Shown here in pieces: positions 1 to 13,653 of a stretch of DNA of 64,000 nt (the stretch's first letter is position 1; each line of letters begins with the position of its first letter). The stretch spans positions 10,270,390 to 10,334,389 of the forward strand of contig CM082580.2 of assembly GCA_040954595.2 (NCBI GenBank). Reading direction: 5' to 3'. The translations under genes and the position numbers were made by a program. This DNA comes from Balanoglossus misakiensis. Taxonomy: Eukaryota > Animalia > Hemichordata. The notes under the pieces are model-generated. The model worked only from the letters and a program-made list of their open reading frames with translations, was not told the DNA's origin and made no database searches.

Positions 1-851
1 AAATTACCCATTCAGCATTTTACAATCACTTGCACATTTTCTTATTCTCCCTGTTTTCAAAATAGTTGAGCCCACCAAAAAAGAGGGCAACAATCATCTC
101 TAATCATCGTCACTGTTATTGATATGCAAATGAGGGCAGCTGGAGCTTGTATTCCCAGCGGAAAATTGCAAACGTTCTCGGCTTTTCACACTGCTCTCGG
201 TACAAAAATCAAATGAAGCTGTCATCAATGGCCTTTTTTCTCTTTCGGCACTGAGAACCATGATTACATTTCGGAACTTTTTAAATGCATCTCTCTGATG
301 ACTATAACTCCCTTTGTGCAAGCGGTGTTTATCTTACTTAGACAATTTTTTTGACCGGATGGGTGGTACTGGAAGGACTTTTTCTGTTTCTTGGTATTCA
401 CAAAATCTTGCAAAGCTGGAAGTAAATGTTTTCCATGACACAACACTAGGATGGCCTCGCCATACTCCACTATGAGTCTCATAGCTAGCACAGGAACTGC
501 AACTCACAAGACTTTATCTCCTGAAACCTCACAACAAACCGACGTCCACAATTCTGGAAATAAATCTGCTCAAAATTCCGGGAATTATTTTCTCCTTCGA
601 TTCATTGTCACCGAGGTCAGAGACACAATTCCAAGATGTCACTTAAACAATCAGTACCTCATACGTGTGTGCAGAACATGATATCACCATGGTTACCGTA
701 CATTATTTTTGCTTCAAATATCACTGGATACAGATGCATGACTTTATAGTGCAGCTGATTATCTGGGATGCAAACCCACTGGCTATCATCACATGATTTC
801 TAAAACGTGCACATCATTTCTCCCCTCCCTTATCTATTGTCAAAGACTCAC

Positions 852-3261
852 CATCAGTTTGATGTGCTTCTAACTCCAGTCGTTCCCTGTCCCTCACTTG
901 CTCCCTCAGTCTCTCCACCAGTTCCTCGTGCACTGCCCTCAGATCATTCAGCTCATCCTGGCTGTCCGACGCCGAAACCAGCAGTTCCTGTTGAGTGCCC
1001 TGTGCTATCTGCAGCTGTGTGTCAAAGAATGAGATGGAAAAAAAAGTGAGGGGAAAATAGGTACACTAAACTTCAAGAATCATTCTGGGGGAAATACTGC
1101 ATATCTATGTGTGATAGTTACACCCTGGAAAAGACTAAAAAACAGATTTTTGAAATCATAGTTAACCATATACCTTATATGTCAGTGATATCGTATTGCA
1201 ACTGGCAGTACCTTCTACCATCTGCATCTCTGCTACGGTTTATTTTTGATTAAAAAATACTGGCACGATCTTAATTTAATGGTTATGTTCAAAGGGATAT
1301 AATTATTCAAATAACAATTCAAATATCATTATTAAATGACCCTCACAACTCGCAAAATACGATGCAACGTGTAATTTAATAAGTTATATAATCTGTCTTG
1401 GTGGGGATAATTACTCTAAGTACTAACATTCATTCAGGTTGTTTGTCTTTTTCTGATACCTGACTCTGAAAAAAAATCTCAACTAACCTGTTGAGTGGTA
1501 GCTGCCATCATCTCTAGTAACTGCTCCACTGCTGACTGCAGACGTGTTCCGGCACCTGAAATTATGTCACAAAAAATGACAGGAAATCATTATTATCAAA
1601 ATAAATATGCTGGATATATGTGCATGTGTGGTGTGAATGAATATCATTTTCAGTCTTGCAACTACATACAAGACGTCTTGAAGATTCCAAAAACAGCATC
1701 AACCTACCTAAAACCAGCTCCTCTCCTTCTGGGTCAAGATCAGGACCGGTGAACATACTCTCGGTGAGCTGCGACAGTTCCAGACCTTCGTCGGTGATGG
1801 AGGCCAAGCTGGTGTCATGGATTGTGTCAGAATCGGAACCCGGCTTCTCCTGGGAGTCTGCAGCACCCCCACCACTGGTTGTACCACCACTTGCATCATC
1901 AGATGTACCACCTGAGACAAGAGAGTTAAAAAAGCTTATGATAATAAAAGAGTCAAATTCATGCACAGAAATTAAACATTTCTACAGATGCTGACTTTTG
2001 CTGAATATACAGACGCTTGCATCCATGTTATCGAAACTGGTCATTTTATGACACCTACATGACAACGACAGTATATTCTGATAATTTGGTAATATGCATT
2101 ATTTCCCTATACCTTTCAGAGTATCATCATCCCTGTCCGTCGTGTCATCGTCAGGTCGGTCTGAACCCACACCGCTTTCTCTCTCCAGTCCAACAGCGCC
2201 CTCTGCGGCGGGCCTTGATCCACTGATCATGGCGGCCAGCATCTTGTTGATCTTTTCCTCTGTTGCCGTGGCAGTGCGCACAGATTCCGTCAAAATGCTG
2301 AGTAAACGATCGTTGATTTGTTGGGTGCTTAGTCTGCAAGTAGAAAGTATCAGTCAACATAGATTGTACTGGGAGAAGGTATACAGCTATGTCAGGTAGC
2401 TGGCATGAGAGTATTTATATTCAGGAAAAGCCTAACAAGTATTTTGATAGATACACAAATTTTTTTTGTGACCAGATAAACAAAACACACAATGAATGCT
2501 ACACAGAAAACAAGAAACGCTATGTTTCACACACACAAACTGGAGAAGAAAAAACCCTATGAAGTGAACAAGTCAGCCTTGACTGAGGCTCTGACCTGTC
2601 TGATTGGAGTCGGTCCACATCTGCTTTCAACATGGCAATCAAGTTGGCTCCCTCTTCCATTTCTCTCTCCCGTCTGTTCATCACAATGGCATACGCTTCT
2701 TTCTCTTCCTCCAGTTGGCGTTCCAGTTCTGTCTTTTCTTCCTTCAACTATAACAAGAGAGATTTTCATATCAGATGATGATACTCAATCCTATCACGAC
2801 AATATCTACAGTGTATCACATCATTTTTTCTTTGGCAGGCTTCCTGGGTTATTTTTACAATCCAAGGAAAAGTATAAATCATTTTGTTTTCCTGGATTAT
2901 TTCTTTATTTAGATTACCCCATGGATCTTGTTTCCTGCTCAGTACCTGACGAATACCTATGTAGCATGTAGCACAACATTCATTCATGTGTTGCATGACA
3001 ACCCAAGTCATAAATATCTGTGAGATGCTGGAGCTTAACATTCCATCTAACAGTGGCTAAATCTGCCGAATTCCTCAGAAACTCATCATCTAACCTTTTC
3101 AAGTGCTTCTTGATCACTCTGAAGTTGCAGCTTCAGGTTCTCGCTGTCCTGTTGCAGTCTCTGCAAATCTGTCTCGTGTTCTTTCTGCAGACTTTCAAAC
3201 GCAGCCTCGGAGTCGGCCATCAGCTGCTGATGCCTCTGGCCATTCAAGGTGTCGATTTCAC
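852..3261 (-). CDS. AKAP9/PCNT-like exons 12-17
   Basis: Exons 3095-3261, 2596-2747, 2113-2333, 1708-1911, 1488-1555 and 852-1014 give a continuous frame with conserved mid-protein family motifs. The gene continues past the window start. Confidence 0.85.
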
Positions 3262-6200
3262 CTGAAATTAACCCAACAATGTTGTTCTATACTTGCCCCA
3301 CACCCAATCACCCTTTTCCTTTCTTAAACAGAAAGAAAACTTCTGAAAGGGATTGAGTTTAAGGTATTAAAACACTGAACAAAAATGACTGCATATAGAA
3401 GTTGAGAAACTCAAAAATAAATTTAAAACTTAGCATCCTTTATGACTCTTTACATTATACAAAAGAACAGAACACAAGAAATCAACATATTATTATTTGT
3501 CATATAATAATAATAACATAAATATTGTAGCAGCTTAAAAGAATATCAAATAGAACATAAATCATGAATAATGCATAATTATCCCAGGGACGTCACCCCC
3601 CATTTTCCTGTAGAAAGGTCCAACCACACCAAATATGAACAATGGGGTTGGAACCAAAAGCACAGGATGAAGAGGGAAACAAAACAACAAGGTTAACATT
3701 TAAAGAACAGATACCAAGTAGTGAGTTACGTATCTAAAATTAAAAAACTACCAATGGTGCCGGGGGTGTTAGATTTCGAAAGAAGCAAAGATGTGAATGA
3801 GATGCAGGGGTTAGGGAGTGCTACACAGTCCTTGTCCACCACAAGCCATGGGTAACACATTGCAAATGGGCTGGTCAAGGGTTTTGACATAACTAAACTT
3901 CACATTAAAAACACAAATAACAAAACAATCAAAATAATACAAGACAGAAATTACAACAACATCATACATGTAAAAAGACAGAACTTGAGATGGACTAGAA
4001 ACTGTAAGAAAACTTTGAATAGTTTAAAGTACATGTAACATTTCCTAATATTATCCTAAAGCGCCATTGCGGCTTTCCAGTGTGCAATTTACAGTGAAGA
4101 GTTACGAAAAATCATATTAAGTACATGTAGGTAGAATGTACTGTTATGTAAAGAGCCTGTAGCACTGTAAGCAACTTTACACAAAAGTAGTTGGAGTTCC
4201 ACACTCTATAGCGAGAGGTTTCATTGTAAGTAGATCTTGCCGATGTATTTTTGTGTCGCAGTGTGTTAAATAAATCCACAGCTTGGATTTTGTATGTTTG
4301 TATAAGACCTGCCAGCAAATTTTCAAGATACACGTGAACAAAATACAGAAGACTAAATTTCCATTGTTGTTGGGACCAAAACGTGTTGAGCTACTACATG
4401 CAGTTGTTCATGCAAATCCTTACCTTTGACCTGATCATATTCTGCTTGTAGCACTCTCCTGACAGCAGACACTTCTTCCTCTTTTTGTCTCTCGTACTCA
4501 GCCTCGATATCCTCCACTGTGTGTTTCAACTTCTCCTCAAGTTCCCCTTTGATGTTTTCAATCTCTGTGGCGTGTTTTTGCTTCATTGCCTCGATCTCCT
4601 CTTTCCTCGCCTTTTCCAAGACTTCAACGTCGTGCGTGTTTTCCTCGTCCAGTTTCTTCTGCAGGGCTAAGATTTCCTGTCGGTGGACTTCCTCCAGCTC
4701 TGCTCTGGCGTTGTCGACTTCGCTTTGAGTGTCCACGTTCATGGCGTGCAGCTGATCCTCGAATTTCTGCTTTGCGTTGTTGATTTCTTTCTTGATTTCC
4801 TCCATGTAGCTTTCCCGGAGCTCTGTCACCAGCAGCTCCTGTTTCTCCTGCAGTGACTTCACCGCGTTTCGCGTCTCCTCCTCCTGTCGCGCGAGTCTCT
4901 GCTCCAGTTCCTCCACCTGCAGGCTGTGCTCCGACTCCAGGTTTTCCTTCAACGCCGTCTTGGCTTGTTCCAGGTCCTGCTGATGGGCCGCTTCCAGCTC
5001 GTCCGTCATGGCGCGGAACTTCTCCATGTGCACGGCGATCAATTCCTCCTTCACCTTCTCTTCGTGGGCTTCAAGGTCCCTCGCGTGCTGCGCCTTCAGG
5101 TTTTCGATTTCCTGCTGATAAAGCTCGTTAGCGTCGGCGGGGCCACGCAACTTCCCAAGCTCGCGTTCCTTCTCTTCTTTCATTTTCTCCCTCTCTCGGT
5201 TCAGCGTCTGCACCAACTCGACTTTCAGATTCTCGACTTCCCGACTGTGTATTCCCTTCAGTAGTTCGATTTCGCTCTGGTGCTGCTGCTTCAGCAGTGT
5301 CCTCACCTGCACGACCTCGGCTTCATGAATCTCACCGATGGCCGTCTTTTCTTTCTCCTGTTCCTCCACAAACTTATCAAGCATACTCTGATGCTGTCGC
5401 AGGAACTCCTGCTCTTGCTCCTCCGCTTCCTTCATTTTGTCCTTTTGCATAGTTTTGAAAAGTTCTTCGAATTCCTGAGTCAGGGTGGCTTTTACTACTT
5501 CTACTTTGCTTTCGTACTGTCTTTCCAAGTCCTCCCTCATCAACTGCTGCTCTGGCGACTGACCAGATTCTAAGCTCTCCTTCAGGTTATTGTACTTCTC
5601 TCTCACCTCGGAGAGCTGCTGCTGTAGGTTTCTCAACTCCTTGCCGTGTTTTTCCCGCAATTCCTCACAGAGTTCTTGGTGTTCGATCCTGGCCTTCTTC
5701 TCCAGCTCTGTCCTCAACGTTAGCAATTTTTCCTCTGTCTCAGCGAGAGCCTTCTCTCGCTCAACTGTAAGAAGATGCTCCAGTTTGCTGTCAAAATCCT
5801 TAGCCTTGTCCATTTCAAACTGCATTTTCATGACTTCAAGTTGTTGGGCACTATCGATGGCTAACTCGGCCCTGACGTGTGAAATTTCTTCCAGAATTCT
5901 GTCTTCAAATTTTGACGTCAAATTCTGGACAGATTGTTCCTTTTCTTTTTCGCATTCCGCCTTCACTCTCTTGGCCTCAATCTGCCTCTGTATCTCAAAA
6001 TCAGCCTGCATTGCCTCCTTTTCCATCTTGAATTCATGTTCTAACTCTTCCTTGATCTGCGTGATCTCCTCCTTCTTGGTGAACTCCATCTCGCTTTTCA
6101 CATTCTCCGTTTCCACCTCTACCTGCCTGGCTGCATCCACAGCGCACTCCTTCCTTAGTCTCATGATCGCCTTCGCATGATTGTCTGCCAACTGTCGCTT

Positions 6201-9200
6201 CTCGCTCTCCAACTCCTCCAGATGCGAATTCTGCAGAGCGGTCAACTGTTTGGTGTGCCTGTCGTTCAGTTCCTCCTTCACGGCATTCACTTCCCACTCT
6301 ACCCGCAACTCCATCTGCGAGCGCAGCCTGTCCAGTTCCGCGGCCTGCTCGCTGTCGAATTCCCTCTGCATCTTCTCCAGATCCTCTCTGTACTTACTCC
6401 TCAACTTCTCCTCTAACTCCACCTTGTACTGTTCGCTCTCCCTGTCGGGCGGCGGCGACGGCGGCGGCGTGCTCTCCACGTCGGACAGCGATATCTGAGT
6501 AAGCGTCGTGTAATGCTGCGGCTTAGTAAATGACGAAATTTCAAAACTCTCCTCCACTTCCGAGCCACTGGTATGTCTGTCTCTTTCGCGTTCTCCTTCA
6601 TGCCCCTCCTGCTGGGCTTTCACTTGCTCCAACTTCTCCGACCAGTACTTCTCGCACTCGTCGATTCTCTCCTCGTAGTAAGCGCGCAGTTTTTCCATCT
6701 CGTGCGTGTGCTCCCGCTCGTTTTTCTTCTTCAGTTTGGGAATCTCCTGCCTCAGCGCCTCCACCTCCTCCAGGAGAGCCTCGTGCTCCTCCCGGTCCAC
6801 CTCCTCCACCTTCCTCTTCAACTCCTCGATTTCCGCCAGGTATTCCCGCTCCTTCTCTTCCAGGTCGTGCCTCGCTTCCATCAGCTCCGTCTCCAGGATG
6901 ATGGTGGTCGACCGCGAGTGGGTCTCCAACTCGGAGAGCTGCTCTTCGTGAACTCGCTCTAAGTTTTGTTTCATGGCTGGAGTGATACAAAGTTTGCACA
7001 TGACAAAACACATTTGCGGAAAATGAAAACAACAGGATGTCAGAACCCTATCTCATCCCTATTTGAAATAAAAAGTTTGATTAACTTGTAAAGGCACAAG
7101 GACTGTGACAGAACATGAGTGAGTGTGCAGTGTCACAGAGAGTGACAGTCAACGATAAAGCATACTCCTGAATTGGAACGGATGGCAATACGAATAAACC
7201 CAAGCGAGACACACATTATTATTCTTATACATGCTGTTCTTCAGAGCACTGTTTTGCTACGAAACTAAACGATCCTAATAGTGCATCATTTTCTTTCAGA
7301 TGAAGCATAATTTAGAGCATTGGGGAGTGGCCTTGTACCCAGCAGGCAGACTGCTATAATTCAAGTGAAGGTGCCTTTGGTGAGAAACCTTGCTTCAAGT
7401 GTGACTGGAGTGAGCAAATCAAAACAATTTGGGCTATTTTATGTGAATACGAAGCATCTGTTTATACTCCTGTACATGTATCTTTACCCCAAAAAGTAAC
7501 ACCCTACAAATTAAGACAGATATGGCCAGTGAGAAATGTGAACATTAACTGCAACGATGTAAATGTATTTCTGGTTAAGGTGGAAGGTCATATGTATAAT
7601 TACTAATGACTGTGAACAGACGACAATGGTCATCGACAAATAAAGATACTAGATGCATTAGATGCATGGCTTCACCTTCCGCTTGCTCTAGACTTCTCTG
7701 TCTTTCCTGGAGGAGAGACTTCACATCAGACTTCTGCTCCTCCCCAGTCTTCTCCTTCTCTTCCAGTTTGGAATGTAAGGCACTCAGCTCTGCTTTTAGC
7801 TCCTTTTAGAGACAAGAAGATTCAAAGAAGAAACCAGAAGCGTTTAGAACAGTTCTTTGCAATTTTCCCCCTTTTTAGGACACACATGGGTCAACCAGTA
7901 CTCATTCTTACATGTAACTCACCTCTATTGCTTGGTTGTGTTTTTCCATCATATTTTGAATCTCCTTCTCAGATTTCTGTTCGACTTCAGCTGCAAATAC
8001 AAACACATCAAATGTTAATATATGAATATTAATGCTAAGATCTTCATAATGTTACCTGTGTAGTTGCCCTAGGAGACACCATCAAATTTACAATGGAACT
8101 TGATTTACCGTAACTCCTAATATCCATCACATTTGCCATGTGTGAGAAACAGGGTGAAAATCGCCAAAAAACTCACCCTTCTGAGATTCCAACTCTTTCT
8201 GGTGGCCTTCCCTTTGGGCCTCCAACTCTTTTTGATGGTTGTCGTTAACAGTCTCCAGCCTTTCAGTCCACTCCGCCTGCAGCTGGTTCGTCAGATGGGC
8301 CTTTTCGTTCCTGTGCGACTCTGTCAGGCTCTCGCGCAGGTCCGCGGCCGCCTTGGCCTTCATGTGCTCAAACTCAGCCTTGATCATCTCCACTCTGGCC
8401 GTGTTCATCTGTTCCAGGGTTATTTTCAGGGCTTCCAGCTGCAATTTCCGTTCATGCTGGAAGAAATAAATAATGGATTGAATGAAGAGCGGTTTGATTT
8501 CATAAACATTTAGCCAAACAGTAATTAAAGTCTTTGGGCACTTCAATCAGGCGGACATGGATGCTTGTGGACAAATTCACACCACAGTCAGCCCCCCAAA
8601 ATATAATCAAGGCCATTTTTTTACTCAACACAGAGTCTGAAACAGTAATTTATAATTTTAACATCCATACATGTATATGTACATGCAATTAGTGATTGTC
8701 TTGTACACTGCAACACAGAATTATGCAAACCCTACAGGTTTAATTACCTGTAGGTACTTTGAAAATAGAGCTTTAATATGCTTGTAGTGGTAAACCTAGT
8801 ACCAGGAAAATTGGGCAAATTACATTGTATACAGAATTTAGAGACTCCCTCCCACCCAGTCATCAATGAGGCTGTGACGTTTATTGGAATACAGCAAATG
8901 ACAATCAAGTCTATTGAGCTGAACCGGCAATCTAGTAGCCCAGTAATTGCAGTTTATACAAGCCGGCTGATAAGCCCACAATCATTTTCCGTCCCACCTG
9001 ACAGGGAAATCCCCCACAGGGAGTTAGAAATTGTGCTTTTGTTAATGAGCTTTTTGCCATTCGTCTGAGCCCTGCCAAGATTTGATGCCCTAAAGACCGA
9101 TGCAGTGCTCTTGCACATAGAGACACTATTCAGAATATCGACTTCACAGTTTGGGATGGAGTGGAAGGAATTTCAACACATGCATTGGCCAGCATGTTCT

Positions 9201-12200
9201 TACATGTATTTCACAGTGGTCGTCAAGCCCCCTGTCAAGCCCCCAGCAAACTTAAATCACTTCATTCGCTACTCCCCCCTCCCAATTAGTTTTATTATTC
9301 ATCTACTGAACTGTCCAAAACAGTTGTAGCCATCAATTAAGTATGCACAGGGCAAATTCTCTTCTGCAAAAAAAAAAAATAGAAAACCCACAGAAATGTC
9401 GGATTGTTGATCGAATTATTGATGAAAAAAAATTCACTCACTTCGGCATCACTCTGGAGCTGTCTGATCTCATCCTGGTGACTCTCCTCAATCTTGGCTC
9501 TCGTTTCGTCGAACGTGGCTTGACTCTCGGTGGTCATGGCCGCCTTGAGGTCCTCCATCTCCTTCCAGTGGTCCTCCTTCATCTTCTGCAGCTCCCGGTA
9601 CCTTTCCCGCTCGTTGACCGACTTCACCGTTCCCAGCTGGTGCTGCCGCTCCTCGTCCAGCTGCTCCCTCAGGTGCTGCATCTGTGCTTCGTAGTCTTCT
9701 CTCAAGGAGTCAAGCTTTAAACGAAAGAAAACACACACACGAGATGAGTACAGAGTGCAATTACATGTAATTATGAAACCTGAAAAGGAGACGGTCGCAG
9801 CCACCATGAGAGCAAAGGACTCATACTCTGTAAACTGTACAGGATATTCCCCCCAGACATTATTGTAACTCGCATTACATACTTTTTGCAATCACAACTT
9901 CTTTTACCTTGACCTCTATTCCTGCTATGTTTAACATTGAAACTTCTGTCAGAGTTTACAAGTTCGATATATATATTATGTATCATTTCACTAAAAACTA
10001 AAATTTCAATGTGAGTACCACATTAACCATCACAATCCATGCAAGAGAGAAAGCAACAATTTGAATGAGTGACTGGAGCTGTTTGAAGGAACAGCCTCGT
10101 ATCACCAGAAAAAAAAATAACCGCTTCAATAATTAGACTTGTTCTGGTCAGTAGACCGAGAAAAAGTGACACTCCACAGGTCTTTCAATTGCAGCTGCAA
10201 AAATGCACCAGACAATTTATGCTGAGCAATATTTTCTCAAGTTTCCACACATCATTGACTATAATGCTGTAATCTTGGCATGTATTAAACGAAAATCCCA
10301 TGAGTACCGAGAAATTGTGAGAGGCTTTATCTCGCCAGGCAATTTGTCACGACTAGGACTCGTCTTCATTTTTTTTCTGGGATAAGAAAATGTCCTGGGG
10401 GAATTCACACACTAGTGAATGCGAACTAACCCATCTCTGAGGTGATCATTTCTCTCTGATGGTGAATGTATGGCAAAGCAAGCCCTGGCAGAGGTGATGC
10501 AGCTAGCAGCTGAGAAAGTCGATTATGAAGCTTCACAAAGCAAGGGCCATTGTCATGGGAGCAGGGGGCATAACATCCCATTTGACAACTCAAAACCATC
10601 AGAACGAGACACAAAAAAACAATCACGCTACCCATTGTTGTTAGGCAAGAATACTGATGCTTTAAAACAGACAAAGTCTGTATGAACAAATCTGGGTCCA
10701 ATGCGATCATACACCTCTTGAGAAAACATTGTATTCTTGACGGTCCATGATGTGATTAAGCAGGCATTGTGGAGAGTTGACCTGTCCTAGATGCCAGGTC
10801 AGCAACACACATGTACTGGACATACAGAATTAACCAGTTGAATTCACTGGTTGATAATGGACAAATGATGAAAGCACCATTGAAGCTGTATACACAACAC
10901 ACTGAACGGTAAAAGACTCTTGAAAGGAATATACACACAGAAAACTGACTAAAGTTGGGAACTTCGAACTCAGACCATGCATTATATTGAAGAGATGAAA
11001 TTGAAACTGATCAAGAGTCAAAAAGGGTCGATGAAAGTGAAGACTGAACCAGCTAGAGGATGTAAACGTGTGTAAATAGCAGCCAGGCACTTCCAATCTT
11101 CAGTATGTGAGCAGAGAATAAATGTTTTCACTTGTTGAAATCACATATATTTTCAAAGAGTCAATTGGCTCTTCACCAGCCAGTTTCAAAATCCTCTACA
11201 TCATTCACTGTCACACAGAAAATCACACATCAGTGGTGGTACATGTATTCATCATGCACCAAACTTCCAATACATTTAGGGAAACTGCTTATACAAATGT
11301 AGGAATGTTGTTTTACGAGCATTGTATCACTGCTACACATCTATACTGAACATTCACATTTTACACGACAGCTACGAGAACAGTTGTGGAGTGCATGATC
11401 ATGCATGGTTGAAAGCAAGAGGTGTCGACAGAGAGAAATCATGGGTACCTCAGTGGACACATGCAATCAAAGAGCAAGCCAGAATTGCTGAAAATCTTCC
11501 TAAGGGACAGTCCATGCAAGTGGGGACAACAACACCAACTACACACAGAGTCAAAACCAACCTTAGAAGTCGCCAGCTCCACTTTCAGTCCGTCAGGCAG
11601 CCAACTGACAACTAGACCCTCACTAATGCTCTCAAGACCCACTAACTGCAATACTTTGCTTTTAAACATCTACATCAGTGGGGGAAAAGTACTTGTTACA
11701 AACACGAACATATATCACCACACTATGTCCATAATCGAGATCTACATCAACAGCCTCAGTCACCTTCATAAAAATTGGAAGGTGATCCGATCTCAACGGT
11801 GGTCAGACAATCGCAATAAACCACAAAGCAGACAATCTGAAAAACAATTTACGTTTCTACAATCCAACTCCGCATCTCACTGCCTAATGCACCCGGTTGA
11901 CTCAAACGTGAAAATCTCGAGACGGCTGCCTGTAATTTTCCCCGACTTGTTGCTTCACGAGAACTAATGAGACGGTCACACAACAAGAACCTAGACCCAG
12001 ACATATTGTGTTCTCTTCCAATCAGCAAATGTACCTCCCTGGCTGGTTAATTCTCCAGAAACGTCAATCTATCCTCGCCAGAATGGCAATTCGTGTAAAG
12101 CGACCAGGAAATTTCACATCAACTGTGCAGTCAACGGAAATTGAATAAAACGCAGCCAGAGACAGGGCACTGCACTAACAGTAGGAAATAATCAAAGACT

Positions 12201-13573
12201 CACCAGATCCTCCACTCAATTGATTTCTTATTTTCAAAATGTACTGCATGCACGACGACAAAATGCAATCAATTATGATATTAATAATTGATCGTTACTG
12301 TCTATCTTGAATTTTTTGTTGGGAAACTGTATGGCCTTGAGTGCAAGTCAGCAGTAATGAGGAAAATACACAGGTCATGTATGACAACATTAATTTTATC
12401 ATCATCGTCTTCATAATCATGGAGTTGACTGCATTCTCACTGAACATACAATGTACCATAAAAACACACTTCGTCCCTTTTCTTGAAATTAAACACATCA
12501 TTCAATTTTTCTCAGATCTTTTCATATGCCAAATTCTCTAGCTCTAAATACCAGAGCCATTTCTATCTTAAGCACCACTTCACAACACCACTCCAAGCAA
12601 AGATTAATTTCATTTGATTATGTAACAAGTAGATAATTACAAACTGTGCTCCTATTTTTAAGTAAGTCATTTCCAGACAGGTTACTGTTCACGAAATGTT
12701 TGTTGACATCTCTGCAGACAGGGAGGACTACCAGTACAGCAACACAGATGGTTGCCATGGTTGCTACACGACCCCCCCCCACACACACACACACACTCTT
12801 TCCACATCATATTTTCTCATCAAAACATATATCCTGCAGCCAGTTCTTTCACACTGACCTGACACTACCACTACACAAATTGCCAAGACGTCGGCAAATT
12901 CCCACATACGTGAGGTAATCTCCAGTATAATATTCCAATTTCACACTCAATGAAACAAATCTTCCCAACTGTTCCCACACCAGATGAGATTTCCATACCC
13001 CAGTTTTGCCGCACTGCACTGGCTATTAAGCCGGCACTGCGTATCAAATCTTCCCAGCAAATCCGCATTCAAATCGTGTATAATTATATCTACCTGCAGC
13101 TTCACAATGTATTAATCACACCCTAGCTCCCCATCCCCATGTAACTAGCTTTCAAGAACGGTTGAACTTTTGACCTACAAACTTTGACCTAACACCAGCT
13201 GTTGCAGACATTCTACAATCAATGTAATTTGATTCCCATATGATACATGGCTTGCAATAAAAAAAACTACAGTAAACCTACTGTACAACGGGGTCAGGAA
13301 TCGGATTTATGAAAAAAGCTAGAGTCTACAAAGATGAGTGCAAAAACACAGACCCCGTCATCTGCATTAAAAATTGAAACACCAAAGTCCCTGTTCTATA
13401 ACTTTTATAGATCAGAGAAAAGCAACATGTAATATGCTGAAAGACAGAGGGTGAGTGGGAGGATGGAGTTCAGCCGTACTATAGGCAGCATCCATTTATT
13501 ACGTGGCTAGGAGTTAGCCGGCAATAATCTTGTGTCTCACTGAAAAAGTGAGAGAATCCCCTAAGGGCTACAT

Positions 13574-13653
<80 letters not shown>

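Noticed and set aside
4485-6962. Many plus-strand ORFs over exon 11, and likewise at 21633-25064 over exon 6
   Set aside because: Antisense shadows of Glu/Lys/Gln-rich coding sequence, giving Ser/Phe/Leu-rich translations with no independent gene signals.
11422-11967. 181-aa plus-strand ORF in intron 6
   Set aside because: Non-ATG start, no recognisable domain, intron-like composition.
12204-12243. Candidate extra exon in intron 6 with a CTG|GTGAGT donor
   Set aside because: 40 nt breaks the phase 0-0 junction and the translation is not coiled-coil-like.
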